Source: the human T2T-CHM13v2.0 reference genome, Homo sapiens. Taken from it: 64,000 nucleotides of DNA. Location: assembly GCF_009914755.1 (NCBI RefSeq), contig NC_060934.1; one strand, given 5' to 3'. Positions within the stretch are counted from its first letter, which is position 1, and each line of letters opens with the position of its first letter. The position numbers and the translations under genes were made by a program. Positions 1 to 57,523 of the stretch are shown here, piece after piece. The notes under the pieces are model-generated. The model ran no database searches. It was not told the DNA's origin and worked only from the letters and a program-made list of their open reading frames with translations.

Positions 1-1165
1 ATTACCTATTATTTCCCTTTTCACCTCAGCTGCCAGAAAACTCAGGGTTATAAATAAAAGTAGCCGTGAAATGAGAAGCATACAGAATAGCCAAAGTACA
101 ATTGCTGCTCATGAAAGGAACTCAAATTAAAAGATAACTGGAGTACATACATATTTGGGGGAGTATGAGGGGCAAAAAGGAGCACATTGTTTGAAAAATA
201 ACACTAGGTCGAGAGTAACAAGGACCAGAAGCAAGAATAAATATGAAAAAGCTGTGAAAACTGTCAGAAGGCACCAGTGTGGGGCATGATTTTCAACATT
301 ATCATTGCTCTGGCCAGTGGTAGATTCCGGTTCTACTCTCAGCTCTGACAACAACAACAGTATCAATATCTGCCACCACTTATCGAACACTTGGTATAAA
401 CCAAGCACAGGACAAGCCTGTGTAACTCAAGTGCATCCACAGACCAGTGCCGATTTGTAAAATGTTACCAACTAAGAACAAGATAAAGAGCTTATGTCAG
501 AATGTAAACCAACCACATCACCAAGCCAGTTGTTTTTGGTTCACCTGATCTTTTTTTGAAGCAAGACTTTCTCGATGAAGGAAGCAGAGTTTGACATACA
601 TCCTTGCTCAAGCTTCTTCTCTCACATCCAACTCCTAACAGATTGCATTAGGCTGTACAACACTTCATGTACGTCAGTTCATTCCATTTCGTTGTCATTA
701 TTTTGCAATTACCAATTTACCAGCAAGTTAACTGAGATTTTTAAAGTTTAAACAATCTGCCTGAAGTAACAATGCTAATGGATGATAGAGGTGGGATTTT
801 ATACAAGGTCTATCTAACACCAGAGCCTGTATTAACCATTAACAGACCACAACGTCTTTAGAAAGTCATGGAATGTCTCTGGGCATCAATTTATCTGTAA
901 AGCGAGAAATTTGGATTCTTACTCTTGCTACTACTACAAATAATAAGTCATCACTTACTGAAAATCAGTGTGTGGCAAGCAGTTATTAAATAGATAGGCA
1001 CAGATGTGATTATCTCATTGCAAGGTGATTGCTATCATCTCCATTTTACAGATAAGAATCCTGAGATTCAGAGAGATTAAGAACCTGCCCAGACACTCAG
1101 AGAATCTCCCCGGTATAAAAAGGCAGGATTCTGCGGTCTCTTGTACAAGGTGGGGACAGACTCAC

Positions 1166-41771
<40,606 letters not shown>

Positions 41772-41929
41772 CTCGAAGCCGGAAGAGAGAGGACAAAGAT
41801 AGGCAACAGGCAAGAAATGCAAGGAGAACCCCCAGTCTAGTTCAAGTCTTCAAAATCCGACGACCATAAAATTCCTATGGGCACCTCGATCTTTCAGAAT
41901 CCAACTTCCACTTTCCTTTGCTGACCTTC

Positions 41930-42070
41930 TAGTTTGAAGTCAGCAGTTGGATGGTTTTTAAAGCTGCCACTTACTCAAGGGGCTATTTTGGCCACTCACT
42001 CAGCACGCATGTGTCTGGGAAATAAGGTGGAAGTATTTCTAGCTGACATGCTTCTCTAAATAGAAAAATG
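41930..42070 (-). promoter_or_regulatory. Putative NRAP core promoter
   Basis: TATA-like TTTAAAAA on the minus strand (41955-41962) ~190 bp upstream of the ATG; E-box CAGTTG (41944-41949); NKX-like CCACTTA/CCACTCA; imperfect MEF2-like GCTATTTTGG (~41982). TSS is inferred, not observed. Confidence 0.6.
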
Positions 42071-45000
42071 AACTCACAACAGCATCATGTTTATGTGGAT
42101 AACCAAACCCTGGTGTATGATCAGGCAGCATGGAGTGGTTTAGCACTAGCTGTGATCATGACCCAAGAAAAGAACCTAAAGGAAGATGCCACACCGTCAT
42201 CCAACAATCAAATTAGAAAAGCTTGCTCTATGCGTCCTATGACTAAAGCAGAAAGGCCAGCTCCCAAAAATATAGAAAATAAAATAGGATTGATTCACTC
42301 CTTTAAATGGATAAATATCACACTTGAATTTTAACTTTACCTACCCAAAGCGTTTACAACAGTTAAACTAAAAACTTAATAAGGTGTTAGTTTGTGTTTA
42401 GCTTCTACTGGAACGCAAAACTAAAAACTAATGAGAACTCTTGGTGTTTTGGCCTCTGTATTTTATTCTAGAATGTTCCAAGAAGGCCTTTGTGCTTGTT
42501 CCTTTGCCTCACAGGCCTTAAAAGAGGTGATATGAAGACAGAATCTCTCTTCCTGGCTTTGGGAAGCCTCTCATTGCCTTCAGTCTCTGCTGAAATGTCA
42601 CCTTATCACCTTATAGAAATACCTGATACAAAATGGCACCTCACCTGTCCCCACTCCTATCTCATTATCTTCCATTACTCTTAGCCTGCTTGATGGTCTT
42701 CATAGTGGTAATCACAGCTGGACATATTACATGTTAATGTTTCTATTTTTAAAAATTGTGTCTCTCCCATCAAAATATGAGTTCTGTCTAAACAGGATCT
42801 TTGGTCCTTTTTGCCACTTCTATATCCCCCATGCCTAGAACAAGGTCTGCCAATAAAAGGTGCTTAATAAAGATTTATTGGATTAATGAAATAAATTTAA
42901 TACTCACACCAAAATGCCTATAGAGGCCAGGTATGAAGTCTAGATAATGGTAGGAACTTTTCCAAATAGATGAGCACTCATCCCATCTGAAGCAGGCAAC
43001 TGCTCCTCAGTCCCAGCCAACTGTCATCATGAAACAATCAACATTCCAGGTTGCCAAATATCCTGATTTTTCCGGAATATTTTCCAAATATTCTGAGCAC
43101 ACCAGAAGTCTGCATTTACAAATGAAATTCCCCTTTTTGTATATAAAACAATATAACAGAGTCGTGGGCAGTATTTGGCCAGCAGGTTACCAATTTGTGA
43201 CCTTGGCCCTAAATGTTCTGAGGTTAGGTTGGTGTCCCCAGGTAGGGTGGAGTAAGATGAGTAGTATTTTGGGGTTGTGCTGAGATAGCCAGGGGGTAGG
43301 AAGAAGCTCTAAAGCCAATGAAGAAGAGTAGCATTCAAGTCCACATGAGTATAAGGGGAAGGCGGAGTCTCAGGTTTTCCCACATGGGGCTAGGGCTCTC
43401 TCAGCATGGGGAGGGGACTCAAAGCAGGGACTCCAGGCTCAGCAAAGACTCCCACACTGAAACGTGATTGGGCAGGAGGGCTGCCACCAGCCTGCAAATG
43501 AGAACAGCAATGGGCACAGCACAAAGACCTGCAGGGTTCCCCGGTTGTTTTGCTCTGCACCAGGCTTCTCAAGCCTTACTTAGTGGGTGGGGTGGAAGCT
43601 CCAATAATCACTGAAATGAACTGTACCCCAGTCCGGAGGGCTGAGGAATCAGGAGGATTTCACTTAAAAAAGAAGCTTGCAACGTTCCTTCTCTGCCTAA
43701 GCTTGTGATTGCAATCTGTAGCCGTTAAAACGGGTTGGTCACATTTGTGAACACAAGAATTACAAAATGCAAGATGCTAAACTGGATTTGTACCATCACT
43801 TCTGATTTATTAGACATCAGAAATTGCTAGGAGAAACAACCCCATAGAACTAGAAATGGGATAGTTTAAGGAACTAGAAGTAAACACTCATTTCTGGGGC
43901 AAGACAAACACAGACTTCACTGTGTAGTCGAGTCTTGGTTGGTTCACACCACCCTTCTCATGTTATATACAGCCCCTCCTGCTCCTTGGCCTAAGCCCCT
44001 CCCACTTGACGCAGGGATTACAGCAGGCCGTCCAAGCCAAGTCAGTGAGCATACCACATTCCTTTGGCCTTAGGAGTTGGTTCAGATAACATCAGTCTTA
44101 GCCTGGGTTCTCCAGAAAACAGAACCTGTGTCAAAGGCTTATATGCAAGGACTTTATTCCAAAGTATAATCCAGGGAGCAAGAGTTAGAAGGCAGGAAAT
44201 GCAGGGCAGGGAACAGTTGGTATTAGGGTTGTTCTCAACGGGGCCACCAGCTGGTATAAAGTGTATTGAATGGCTTGACCATCTTCCAAGGGGCCATATA
44301 AACAACCGCTACTCAGGAACATCTACCAGAGGAAGGAAGGGTCCTGTCTCCCATTGGTGAAAGGTTTGCCCCATTGGCCATTAATGTCCATGCTGTGTAT
44401 GTACACAGGGAGTCCCATGGCATCTCGCACCTCAGTATCAACAGGAAAACACCAAGGGCAGCAGAAGGCCAAAGACACTGTCAGTTGTGCCCACGTGAAG
44501 ATGGCCAGAGCCCTCATAGAGACAGTGGCCACTACCGAGGCTGAGCCTGCTCAAGTAGGCAAAGGCCCTACGGAAGGTGAGGCTGAGTGAATCTAAAGCA
44601 GCCCTTCCAGGTGTCTGATGCACTGGGCTCTCAGCAGAGTCCTGGACCTGGGCTTGGTGGTGGTGAGCTGGAGCCTGATCTTGCAGAGCCTTGTGGAGCC
44701 TTGATCTGGGAACTTCGGCCCACACCACCCCACATTGCTCTGGCTTTTTTTAAGTCTTGACTCATAGGGAGCTTTTTGTTTCACATTAATGACTTTTATG
44801 TTCAGTATGTGGGCAAGTAGTTTCCTTTTGAAAGTTAAATGTAGTCCTCCTTATTTACCTCTTTTCAATTTCATCCTGTTGATGGTGGTCGCCTTGCTTT
44901 AGGCGGTTGAGGTCTTTTTGGACTTGGATTGAGTCATCCAGGATATGAGGTAATCCTTTCTAACTCTGCACCATTTCCAGGGCCCTCCAGGGCTGTGCAT

Positions 45001-46208
45001 ATGGACTGGTTTTGAAACTACAGAAAAATGATAAGAGATGTGAAATCAAGGGACAGCTGCTGACCCTTCATTCTGTCACTGTCACTCAGATTAGACGGAA
45101 GGTGTTCCTCCCATGCTGGGGGTTTGTTCCTGTTTTAATTTAGGTTGCCCCCCTCAGCAAGGCACAGGGAAGTTATTTGGGAGGTAGTCCCATGAGGCAG
45201 GAGTGAGGGTTTAAGGCAAATGAGCCAGGGAAAAGAGAAGAGTCAATAAAGAGCATATCCTAAACTAGATATTATACCACTGTGGGCAGCTGGAGCACAA
45301 TCTTGCTGGGGACACTCTGAAGATTTGTGTAGAATGTGCCTCAGAATGGTCCCACTGAAGGATGGTGGCTGGGACACATCCACTCAACTCTCATCCCCCA
45401 TTGGTTGAGGGCAACTGTCAGGGTCATTAACTCCCCTATACCTTTAGGGGAGACCTCTCTCCACAAGCTTAATGGACTTAGGCAGCTTGAAGAAAGCCCA
45501 GAGGCAGGGAAGTGGAGGGCCACTGCTGTGGGCGTGTAAAGAGGGCCTGGTGACATGCATGGAGATAACACTGGTGAGCGGAGGGGATGTGATACCAGGT
45601 ACCCCCAGAGTGGGTCACTCAAGGAAACTGGCAGTGGACAGGGTAAGGGAAAGTACTTATATGAGATGCACCGTGAACTCTCACTGTCCTGCTCTTCCAG
45701 GCTGATGGTGTCAACCCTGTTCCATCCGTCCACTCCTCTGCACTGTACAATGCTGCGTCGACACACTTGGGGTGGAGAATTCAGGAAGCAGGGCCTTGTC
45801 TTGAGCTCTCATGCTTTCTCAGGTCAGACCTGCCCTTGCCCACCACCCTCACCCCTAACCTTGGGGGCTTCCAAGTGCCCTGGGAGAAGTTATTGGGGGT
45901 ATTCTCCTGGGGTAAAGTCCCAAGGGTCCTGGCTGATGGGGGGGTCAGCGACCTCAGACTGAAGTTCTTCTGTGGCAGTCATTAAGGCCTGAGCACTAGA
46001 TGGTGGTGACCTTAATTAGGCAAGGAGCTCTTACCACCCTAGGGAAACCTAAATATTGGTGAGGTTACCTAATGCCCAAGCTTCATTCTGAGAGGTTGAG
46101 CAAGTGATCTGTTGGTTTATAGAAACTGTACTCTGTCCAGGAAAATTAGAGAAATTCTACATCTCCTCAAACTTAAATCTGGCTTGAAACCACTCTGGTT
46201 TAAAGTTA

Positions 46209-46785
46209 TATATTAGTCAGGGTTCTTCAGAGGGACAGAACCAATGGGGGACATATATGTGTATATATATATGAGATTATTAGGGAGAATTGCTTCACAC
46301 AATTACAAGGCAAAGTCCCATGATAGGCCGCAAGTTGGAAAAAGGGAAAAGCCAGTAGTTTGGCTCAGTCCAAGTCTGAAAGCCCCAAAACCAGGGAAGC
46401 TGACAGTGCAGCCCTCAGTATGAGCCCCTGGGAGGCCACTGGTGCAAGTCCCAGAGTCCAAAGGCTGAAGAACCTGGAGTCTGATGTCCAAGGGCAGGAG
46501 GAGAAGAAGCCTAGTGTGCTGAAAAGCATGGGAAGAGAGAAAGAGGGAGAAGACTCAGCAGACAAGCTTATCCACTTTCTTCCACCTGCTTTGTTCTAGC
46601 CAAGCTGGCAGCCCATTGGATGGTGCCGACCCACATTGAGGGTGGGTCTTCCTCTCTCAGACCATCAACTTAAATGTCAGTCTCCTCTGGCAGCACCCTC
46701 ACAGACACATCCAGGAACAATGCTTCATCAGCCATCTAGGCATCCATCAATTCAATCAAGTTGACACCTAATATTAACCATCACA
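46209..46785 (-). mobile_element. MLT2 (MLT2A2/MLT2B-like) ERVL solo LTR
   Basis: tattagtcagggttct…aagttgacacctaatattaaccatcaca are the reverse-complement termini of MLT2. Confidence 0.85.
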
Positions 46786-46840
46786 GTCATTGTTTGCTTT
46801 GAAGATGGGATTGTGTCATTTGGTGTAAGATAGGGACCCA

Positions 46841-47030
46841 TAAACTTTTCTGTAAAAAATCAGACTGTAAATATTTTAGGCTTTGCAGGCCATATACAGT
46901 CAATCTCTGTTGCATCATCTTTTTCTTATTCTTCTTTTTTTTACGACCCTTTAAAAATGTAAAAACCATTCTTAGCTTGTGAGCTGTACAAAAACAGACC
47001 ACAGGTGACCTGCAGGTGGTAGTTTGCAAT
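46841..47030. mobile_element. MER58B-like DNA transposon fragment
   Basis: aaacttttctgtaaa…aaatattttaggctttgcaggcc…aaaaatgtaaaaaccattcttagc…gtagtttgc. Confidence 0.65.
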
Positions 47031-47272
47031 CACAGGGCATCAGGAGCAACCGTGTCTGATGCTCTTGGGGAGAGGGAGTGGAGAGGAAGGCAGAGGAAAG
47101 GATTAGGAATCAGTTCAGCCCTATATGGCCTGGGCTTTGATTGCAGTAGAATCTTATTCAGGTGTGAATAATAATATTCAACTGCTACGGTTACCTTTTC
47201 CTGGGCCAGGAGACAATGACACACCCTGTGGGTGGGGTGGAAGTTCCCCTCTGAATCAAGAAATGGATAGTC

Positions 47273-48018
<746 letters not shown>

Positions 48019-48130
48019 ATAACAAATTATAAACTGTAACAGCGAGTTGGAATATCAAGAGGTTGGCTAGTAAGAAGTAAAGAGAACTCTGAAAACTGTA
48101 GCAATAGCAGATATCCTTGCAAATAACATA

Positions 48131-48336
48131 TGTGTTAGTTTGCTAGGGCTGCCATAACAAAGTGCCACAGGCTTGGTGGCTTAAACAACAGAAATTTATT
48201 TTCTCACAGTTCCAGGGGCTAGAAATCCAAGATCACGATATCAGCAGGGTTGATTTCTTCGGAGACCTCTCTCTGCTTGTAGATGGCCACTTCTCTCTGT
48301 ATCCTCCCATGGTCTTCCCTCTGTATCTGTGTCCTT
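48131..48336. mobile_element. MLT1 (MaLR) LTR fragment
   Basis: tgtgttagtttgctagggctgccataacaaagtgccacagg…aaacaacagaaatttattttctcacagttc; truncated at ~48336. Confidence 0.8.
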
Positions 48337-48628
48337 ACTGCAACCAGTCAGACTGGTTGGGGGCTAGGTCTTCATGTGCGTAGGGTGTAACTGAGTAACC
48401 AATGGGAAACCTCTAGAGGGTACTTCAGACCCCAGAAGATTCTGTAGCCAGTGCTCTTGAGCCACTTGCTCCAGCCAGCTCCCACTCTGTGGAGTATACT
48501 TTCATTTCATAAATCTGTTCTTTCATTGCTTCATTCTTTCATTCCTTTGTTTATGCATTTTGTCCAATTCTTTGTTCAAAACACCAAGACCCTGGACAAC
48601 TCCTAGTCAAGACCCTCCACTGGTAACA
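48337..48628 (+). mobile_element. ERV1 LTR 3' half (MER41-group-like)
   Basis: aaccaatgggaaacctctagagggta…ccactctgtggagtatactttc…ttttgtccaattctttgttcaaaa…ccactggtaaca terminus. Confidence 0.7.
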
Positions 48629-49594
48629 GAGGCACTCTCTACAAAACCACCTGAAGCAGGTGCCAGGGGAAGCTGATGGCTGCTGTGTGTTCTGGCTACC
48701 AGGTACATTCCAAGAACCTGGTGCTGAGAAGCCATGCCCTCTGAAGGAGCACGCCAGACATGCCAGAACCAGGAAGCAAAACTCTTTCCATCTTATAATG
48801 AATCTCCAATGCCCTTTACCCACCAAGGTTAACATGAGGCCACAGGCAAGGGAAAACTACTTAAAGGGCCCAGTTCAATTTCTACAGAACAGACAAAAAG
48901 GGTGGATTTGAAGTTGTGAGGCAATCATTCAATAACATGTACAACATGAATTCCTTCTTCCAGGGAAGAAGGGAATTCCTCTTGGACCCTGAGCTTCCTA
49001 CTCTCTCCACCTGGCAAAAGTCTGCTGGGACCTCAGCAGGGGCCAGGGTTTGGGTTTGGCCTGTGGGTGGTGAGAATGGCATTTCTGTTAATCTTGCAAT
49101 GTCCTTCATGGAGTCCTGTATAAAGTCATAGCCTGGCCTGAGCTATCCAGTGGAGAATTGGAGAAGCAATCACTGGTGGCACCCCTCAGGGGTGCTATGC
49201 CCAGCAGGGTGTGGATGGGGAATTCACCAGCAACCAGAGGGGAGGGCTGGAGGGAAGATTCGGAGGGGCTGGCCCAAGAGCACCTATGAGCCCCTTTGGA
49301 AACCATCCCAATAGGGGAAGCTGGGGGACTTTTCTGGAATAAGGGGGAAGGTTCATGCTATAATCATGTTAATATAGAAAGGAAACATAAAACAATGGCA
49401 TGGTCCAAGGCTGGAGAGACAAAGGAGGTACCTTTACAAGAAAACATCATTTGGATCCAAAGTGTCAGTACAATTATTACAGAGGGAAAAGTTCACAATG
49501 GTTTCTTCCCTTCTGTATTTCCCTCTTGTTGATACTGTGATAATCCAGCCTTAGAGCAGTAACTTTGGAATTTCTTGTGCCAGCCCACAATAAG

Positions 49595-49873
49595 TATGAG
49601 GGCAACCCACCCCCAATATTTCAACATAGGTTCTTTCTATTTTCCCTAAGTGTCAGCTGGTCTGAGAAATAAAGAGAAAGAGTACAAAGAGGAATTTTAC
49701 AGCTGGGCCGCCAGAGGTGACATCATATATTGGTAGGACCGTGATGCCCACCTGAGCCACAAAACCAGCAAGTTTTTATTAAGGATTTCAAAAGGGGAGG
49801 GGGTGTATGAACAGGGAGTAGGTCACATGCTTTAAGGGGCAAAAAGCAGAGCAAAAATCACATGCTTCTGAGG
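49595..49873 (-). mobile_element. MER11 (HERV-K11/HML-8 LTR) 3' fragment
   Basis: …cccccaatatttcaacataggttctttctattttccctaagtgtc…ctgagaaataaagagaaagagtacaaag is the MER11 3' end in reverse; cut off at the L1 junction. Confidence 0.8.
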
Positions 49874-50332
49874 AGCCAAATAAAACACAGCAGAATCCCC
49901 TGCAGACTTACATGTCCCTGTCTGACAGCTTTGAAGAGAGTAGTGGTTCTCCCAGCACACAGCTGGAGATCTGAGAACGGACAGACTGCCTCCTCAAGTG
50001 GGTCCCTGACCCCCAAGTAGCCTAACTGGGAGGCACCCCCCAGTAGGGGCAGACTGACAACTCACATGGCCGGGTACTCCTCTGAGACAAAACTTCCAGA
50101 GGAACGATCAGGCAGCAACATTTGCTGCTCACCAATATCTGCTGTTCTGCAGCCTCTGCTGCTGATACCCAGGCAAACAGGTCTGGAGTGGACCTCCAGC
50201 AAACTCCAACAGACATGCAGCTGAGGGTCCTGACTGTTAGAAGGAAAACTAACAAACAGAAAGGACATCCACACCAAAACCCCATCTGTACGTCACCATC
50301 ATCAAAGACCAAAGGTAGATAAAACCACAAAG

Positions 50333-51348
50333 ATGGGGAAAAAACAGAACAGAAAAACTGGAAACTCTAAAAATCAGAGTGCCTCTCCTTCTCCAAAGGA
50401 ACGCAGCTCCTCACCAGCAATGGAACAAAGCTGGACGGAGAATGACTTTGACAAGTTGAGAGAAGAAGGCTTCAGATGATCAAACTACTTCGAGCTAAAG
50501 GAGGAAGTTCGAATCCAAGGCAAAGAAGTTAAAAACCTTGAAAAAAAATTTGACAAATGGCTAACTGGAATAACCAATGCAGAGAAGTCCTTAAAGGACC
50601 TGATGGAGATGAAAACCACAGCACGAGAACTACGTGATGAATGCACAAGCCTCAGGAGCCGATTCGATCAACTGGAGAAAGGGTATCAGTGATGGAAGAT
50701 CAAATGAATGAAATGAAGTGAGAAGAGAAGTTTAGAGAAAAAAGAATAAAAAGAAACGAACAAAGCCTCCAAGAAATATGGGACTATGTGAAAAGACCAA
50801 ATCTATGTCTGATTGGTGTACCTGAAAGTGACGGGGAGAATGGAACCAAGTTGGAAAACACTCTGCAGGATATTATCCAGGAGAACTTCCCCAATCTAGC
50901 AAGGCAGGCCAACATTCAAATTCGGGAAATACAGAGAACGCCACAAAGATACTCCTTGAGAAGAGCAACTCCAAGACACATAATTGTCAGATTCACCAAA
51001 GTTGAAATGAAGGAAAAAATGTTAAGGGCAGCCAGAGAGAAAGGTCAGGTTACCCACAAAGGGAAGCCCATCAGACTAACAGCTGATCTCTCGGCAGAAA
51101 CTCTGCAAGCCAGAAGATAGTGGGGGCCAATATTCAACATTCTTAAAGAAAAGAATTTTCAACCCAGAATTTCACATCCAGCCAAACTAAGCTTCATAAG
51201 TGAAGGAGAAATAAAATCCTTTACCGACAAGCAAATGCTGAGAGATTCTGTCACCACCAGGCCTGCCCTAAAAGAGCTCCTGAAGGAAGCACTAAACATG
51301 GAAAGGAACAACTGGTACCAGCCACTGCAAAAACATGCCAAATTGTAA
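50333..51348 (+). pseudogene. L1 ORF1p remnant (disrupted)
   Basis: ATGGGGAAAAAACAG start; in-frame TGA at 50477-50479 (codon 49), further lesions, TAG at 51118-51120. Confidence 0.93.
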
Positions 51349-51396
51349 AGACCATCGAGGCTAGGAAGAAACTACATCAACTAACGAGCAAAATAA

Positions 51397-55233
<3,837 letters not shown>

Positions 55234-55615
55234 ACAATGAGAACACATGGACACAGGAAGGGGAACATCACACACCGGGGCCTGTTGCGGGTGGGGGGAG
55301 GGGAGAGGGATAGCATTAGGAGATATATCTAATGTTAAATAACGAGTTAATGGGTGCAGCACACCAACATGGCACATGTATACATTTGTAACTAACCTGC
55401 ACGTTGTGCTCATGTACCCTAAAACTTAAAGTATAATAAAAATTAAAATAAAATAAAGGCAATTTGATTCTACTTCTGCCACTAGCAAATCTGTGACGGG
55501 GGCAACTTCGCTGAGCCTCAGATTCTTTATAAAATGAACAGAGATTAGTTGTAAAAGCCTCTTTTAGTTCTAACACTGATTCACTATATTTCAGGAATAA
55601 CCTGCAAGATCCTAG

Positions 55616-56007
<392 letters not shown>

Positions 56008-56471
56008 TTGAATTTCTTTACAAAGCAAATTATCTTAGCGTCTAAATGGCTTACTTTACCTCCAACATTTTGGGAACATGGGTATTAAAAAAAGACTAGG
56101 GCAGCCACATTAGAAATTGTGTCACTGCTGGTTAAAAATATTCAGGGATTCAGGATTTTCCCGTAAGTTAATCAATTATAATTATTCCCTTACACTTGCC
56201 AGGGGTCAGTCTTTTTTTTTCAAACCAAGGAAGCATCCTCACCTGGAGAGATTTGAGCGACAAATACTGAAGTCTCAGGCCCACGGGAAAGCAAGCAAAC
56301 AGAAAGAGAAGATGGCGTTCTTGCCTGGTATCCGACCACTAAGCATGTACTCCATTCACGCAAGGATTTGGTGGTTCCTAAAAGTAAATACTGTGTCTCT
56401 GATATGAATAAAACTACAATTTCTTCTCAGATATTTTACACCTCAGTGTGATTGAGTTTAGTTGCTTCCCT

Positions 56472-56488
56472 GAGCCAGGGTGAAGAAA

Positions 56489-56532
<44 letters not shown>

Positions 56533-56930
56533 GTGGGGTCAGGGTGAACTAGGTGCGTGTGTGTGTATGAATCCGTGTGTGTGGTGGGTTTCATAAACTA
56601 GAATCTGTGTGTTTGTGTGTGGGTGTGTTGGGTCGGGGTGAACTTGAATCCGTGTGTGTGTGTGTTGTGGGGTCAGGGTAAACTGGAATGCGTGTGTGTG
56701 TGTGTTGTGGGGTCAGGGTGAACTGGAATGCCTGTGTATGTCTTTTGTGGGGTCAGGGTGAACGGGAATCCGTGTGTGTGTGTGTGTTTGGTCAGGGTGA
56801 ACTGGATAACTGGAATCCGTGTGTGTGTGTGTGTGTGTTTTGTGGGGTCAGGGTGAACTGGAATCCGTGTGTCCGTGTGTGTGTGTGTGTGTGTGCGTAT
56901 GCTGTGGGGTTGGGGTGAACTAGAATCCGT
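56472..56930. repeat. Compound minisatellite: ~40-bp unit [TTGTGGGGTCAGGGTGAACTGGAATCC + (GT)n], ~8 copies
   Basis: Core copies at 56536, 56630, 56670, 56710, 56750, 56789, 56845 and 56907; pure (GT)~20 at 56492-56530. Confidence 0.95.
56536..56921. promoter_or_regulatory. Array of ERE-like IR3 nuclear-receptor elements upstream of CASP7
   Basis: Five intact GGTCAgggTGAAC (one mismatch to ERE GGTCAnnnTGACC) plus three variant copies. Confidence 0.7.
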
Positions 56931-57003
56931 GGAAGTGCTCAGTCTCTCCCGTGTTTGACTGACTCCCGGCCGCATACCCAGTCCCTGACACACGGGGGCG
57001 CAC

Positions 57004-57191
57004 AACAAATATTTCCCGAAAGATCCAGGAGCAGCATCTCCACCAGCAAGCTGGGCTGCTGGGTGGGTACTTCCTTCAAAGCTGAGGGAGCGTCCTACGC
57101 CCACGCGCGCAGGAGGGCGCCCCCCGCAAAGCAACGTCTAGGAGACCACAGTGGATGCCACAGCGGGCCCGAAGCGGATCAGCCTTGTGGG
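57004..57191 (+). other. CASP7: CASP7 alternative upstream non-coding first exon (5' end approximate)
   Basis: GGG|GTACGC donor at 57191/57192; sequence recalled as the 5'UTR of a CASP7 variant (not verified). Confidence 0.5.
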
Positions 57192-57445
57192 GTACGCATG
57201 CTAATGTAGGCGTGGAGTCCCCCAGGGGGACGCCAGCAGTTCCAGCTGGGATCCAGGTTTCGCTAGGGGAGAGCCTCTGGCTATGGGAAAGGGGTCTCCG
57301 AGTTGATGTGAAGGCCCAGGTCGAGGTGTACACTGGGGGCGAGGAAGTGGAGGTGACCACACGAGCGCCCCATCACTGAGCGCCGCCGCGAAATCTGCGC
57401 TCTTTGGGTCACTTGGAGCGCGGCCAGTTTGGCAGATTTGTTTTT

Positions 57446-57484
57446 TTCCCGGAACAACCCGCGGCGGCTCGGCTGTTCGGGGAA
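57446..57484. promoter_or_regulatory. Two GAS (STAT) elements: TTCCCGGAA (57446-57454) and TTCGGGGAA (57476-57484)
   Basis: Both match TTCN3GAA; starts are 30 bp apart. Confidence 0.7.
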
Positions 57485-57523
57485 ACTGCAAACTTTGCTG
57501 TGCGCGTTCTCCCGCGCGCGGGC

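Noticed and set aside
1110-1125. Perfect TATA box (GGTATAAAAAGG) on the plus strand next to exon 23
   Set aside because: An isolated motif with no other promoter evidence; expected by chance in 64 kb.
44090-45540. Possible ancient ERVL LTR fragments, and the many MIR/L2/MER102 remnants elsewhere in the window
   Set aside because: Too diverged to give reliable boundaries or family names without RepeatMasker.
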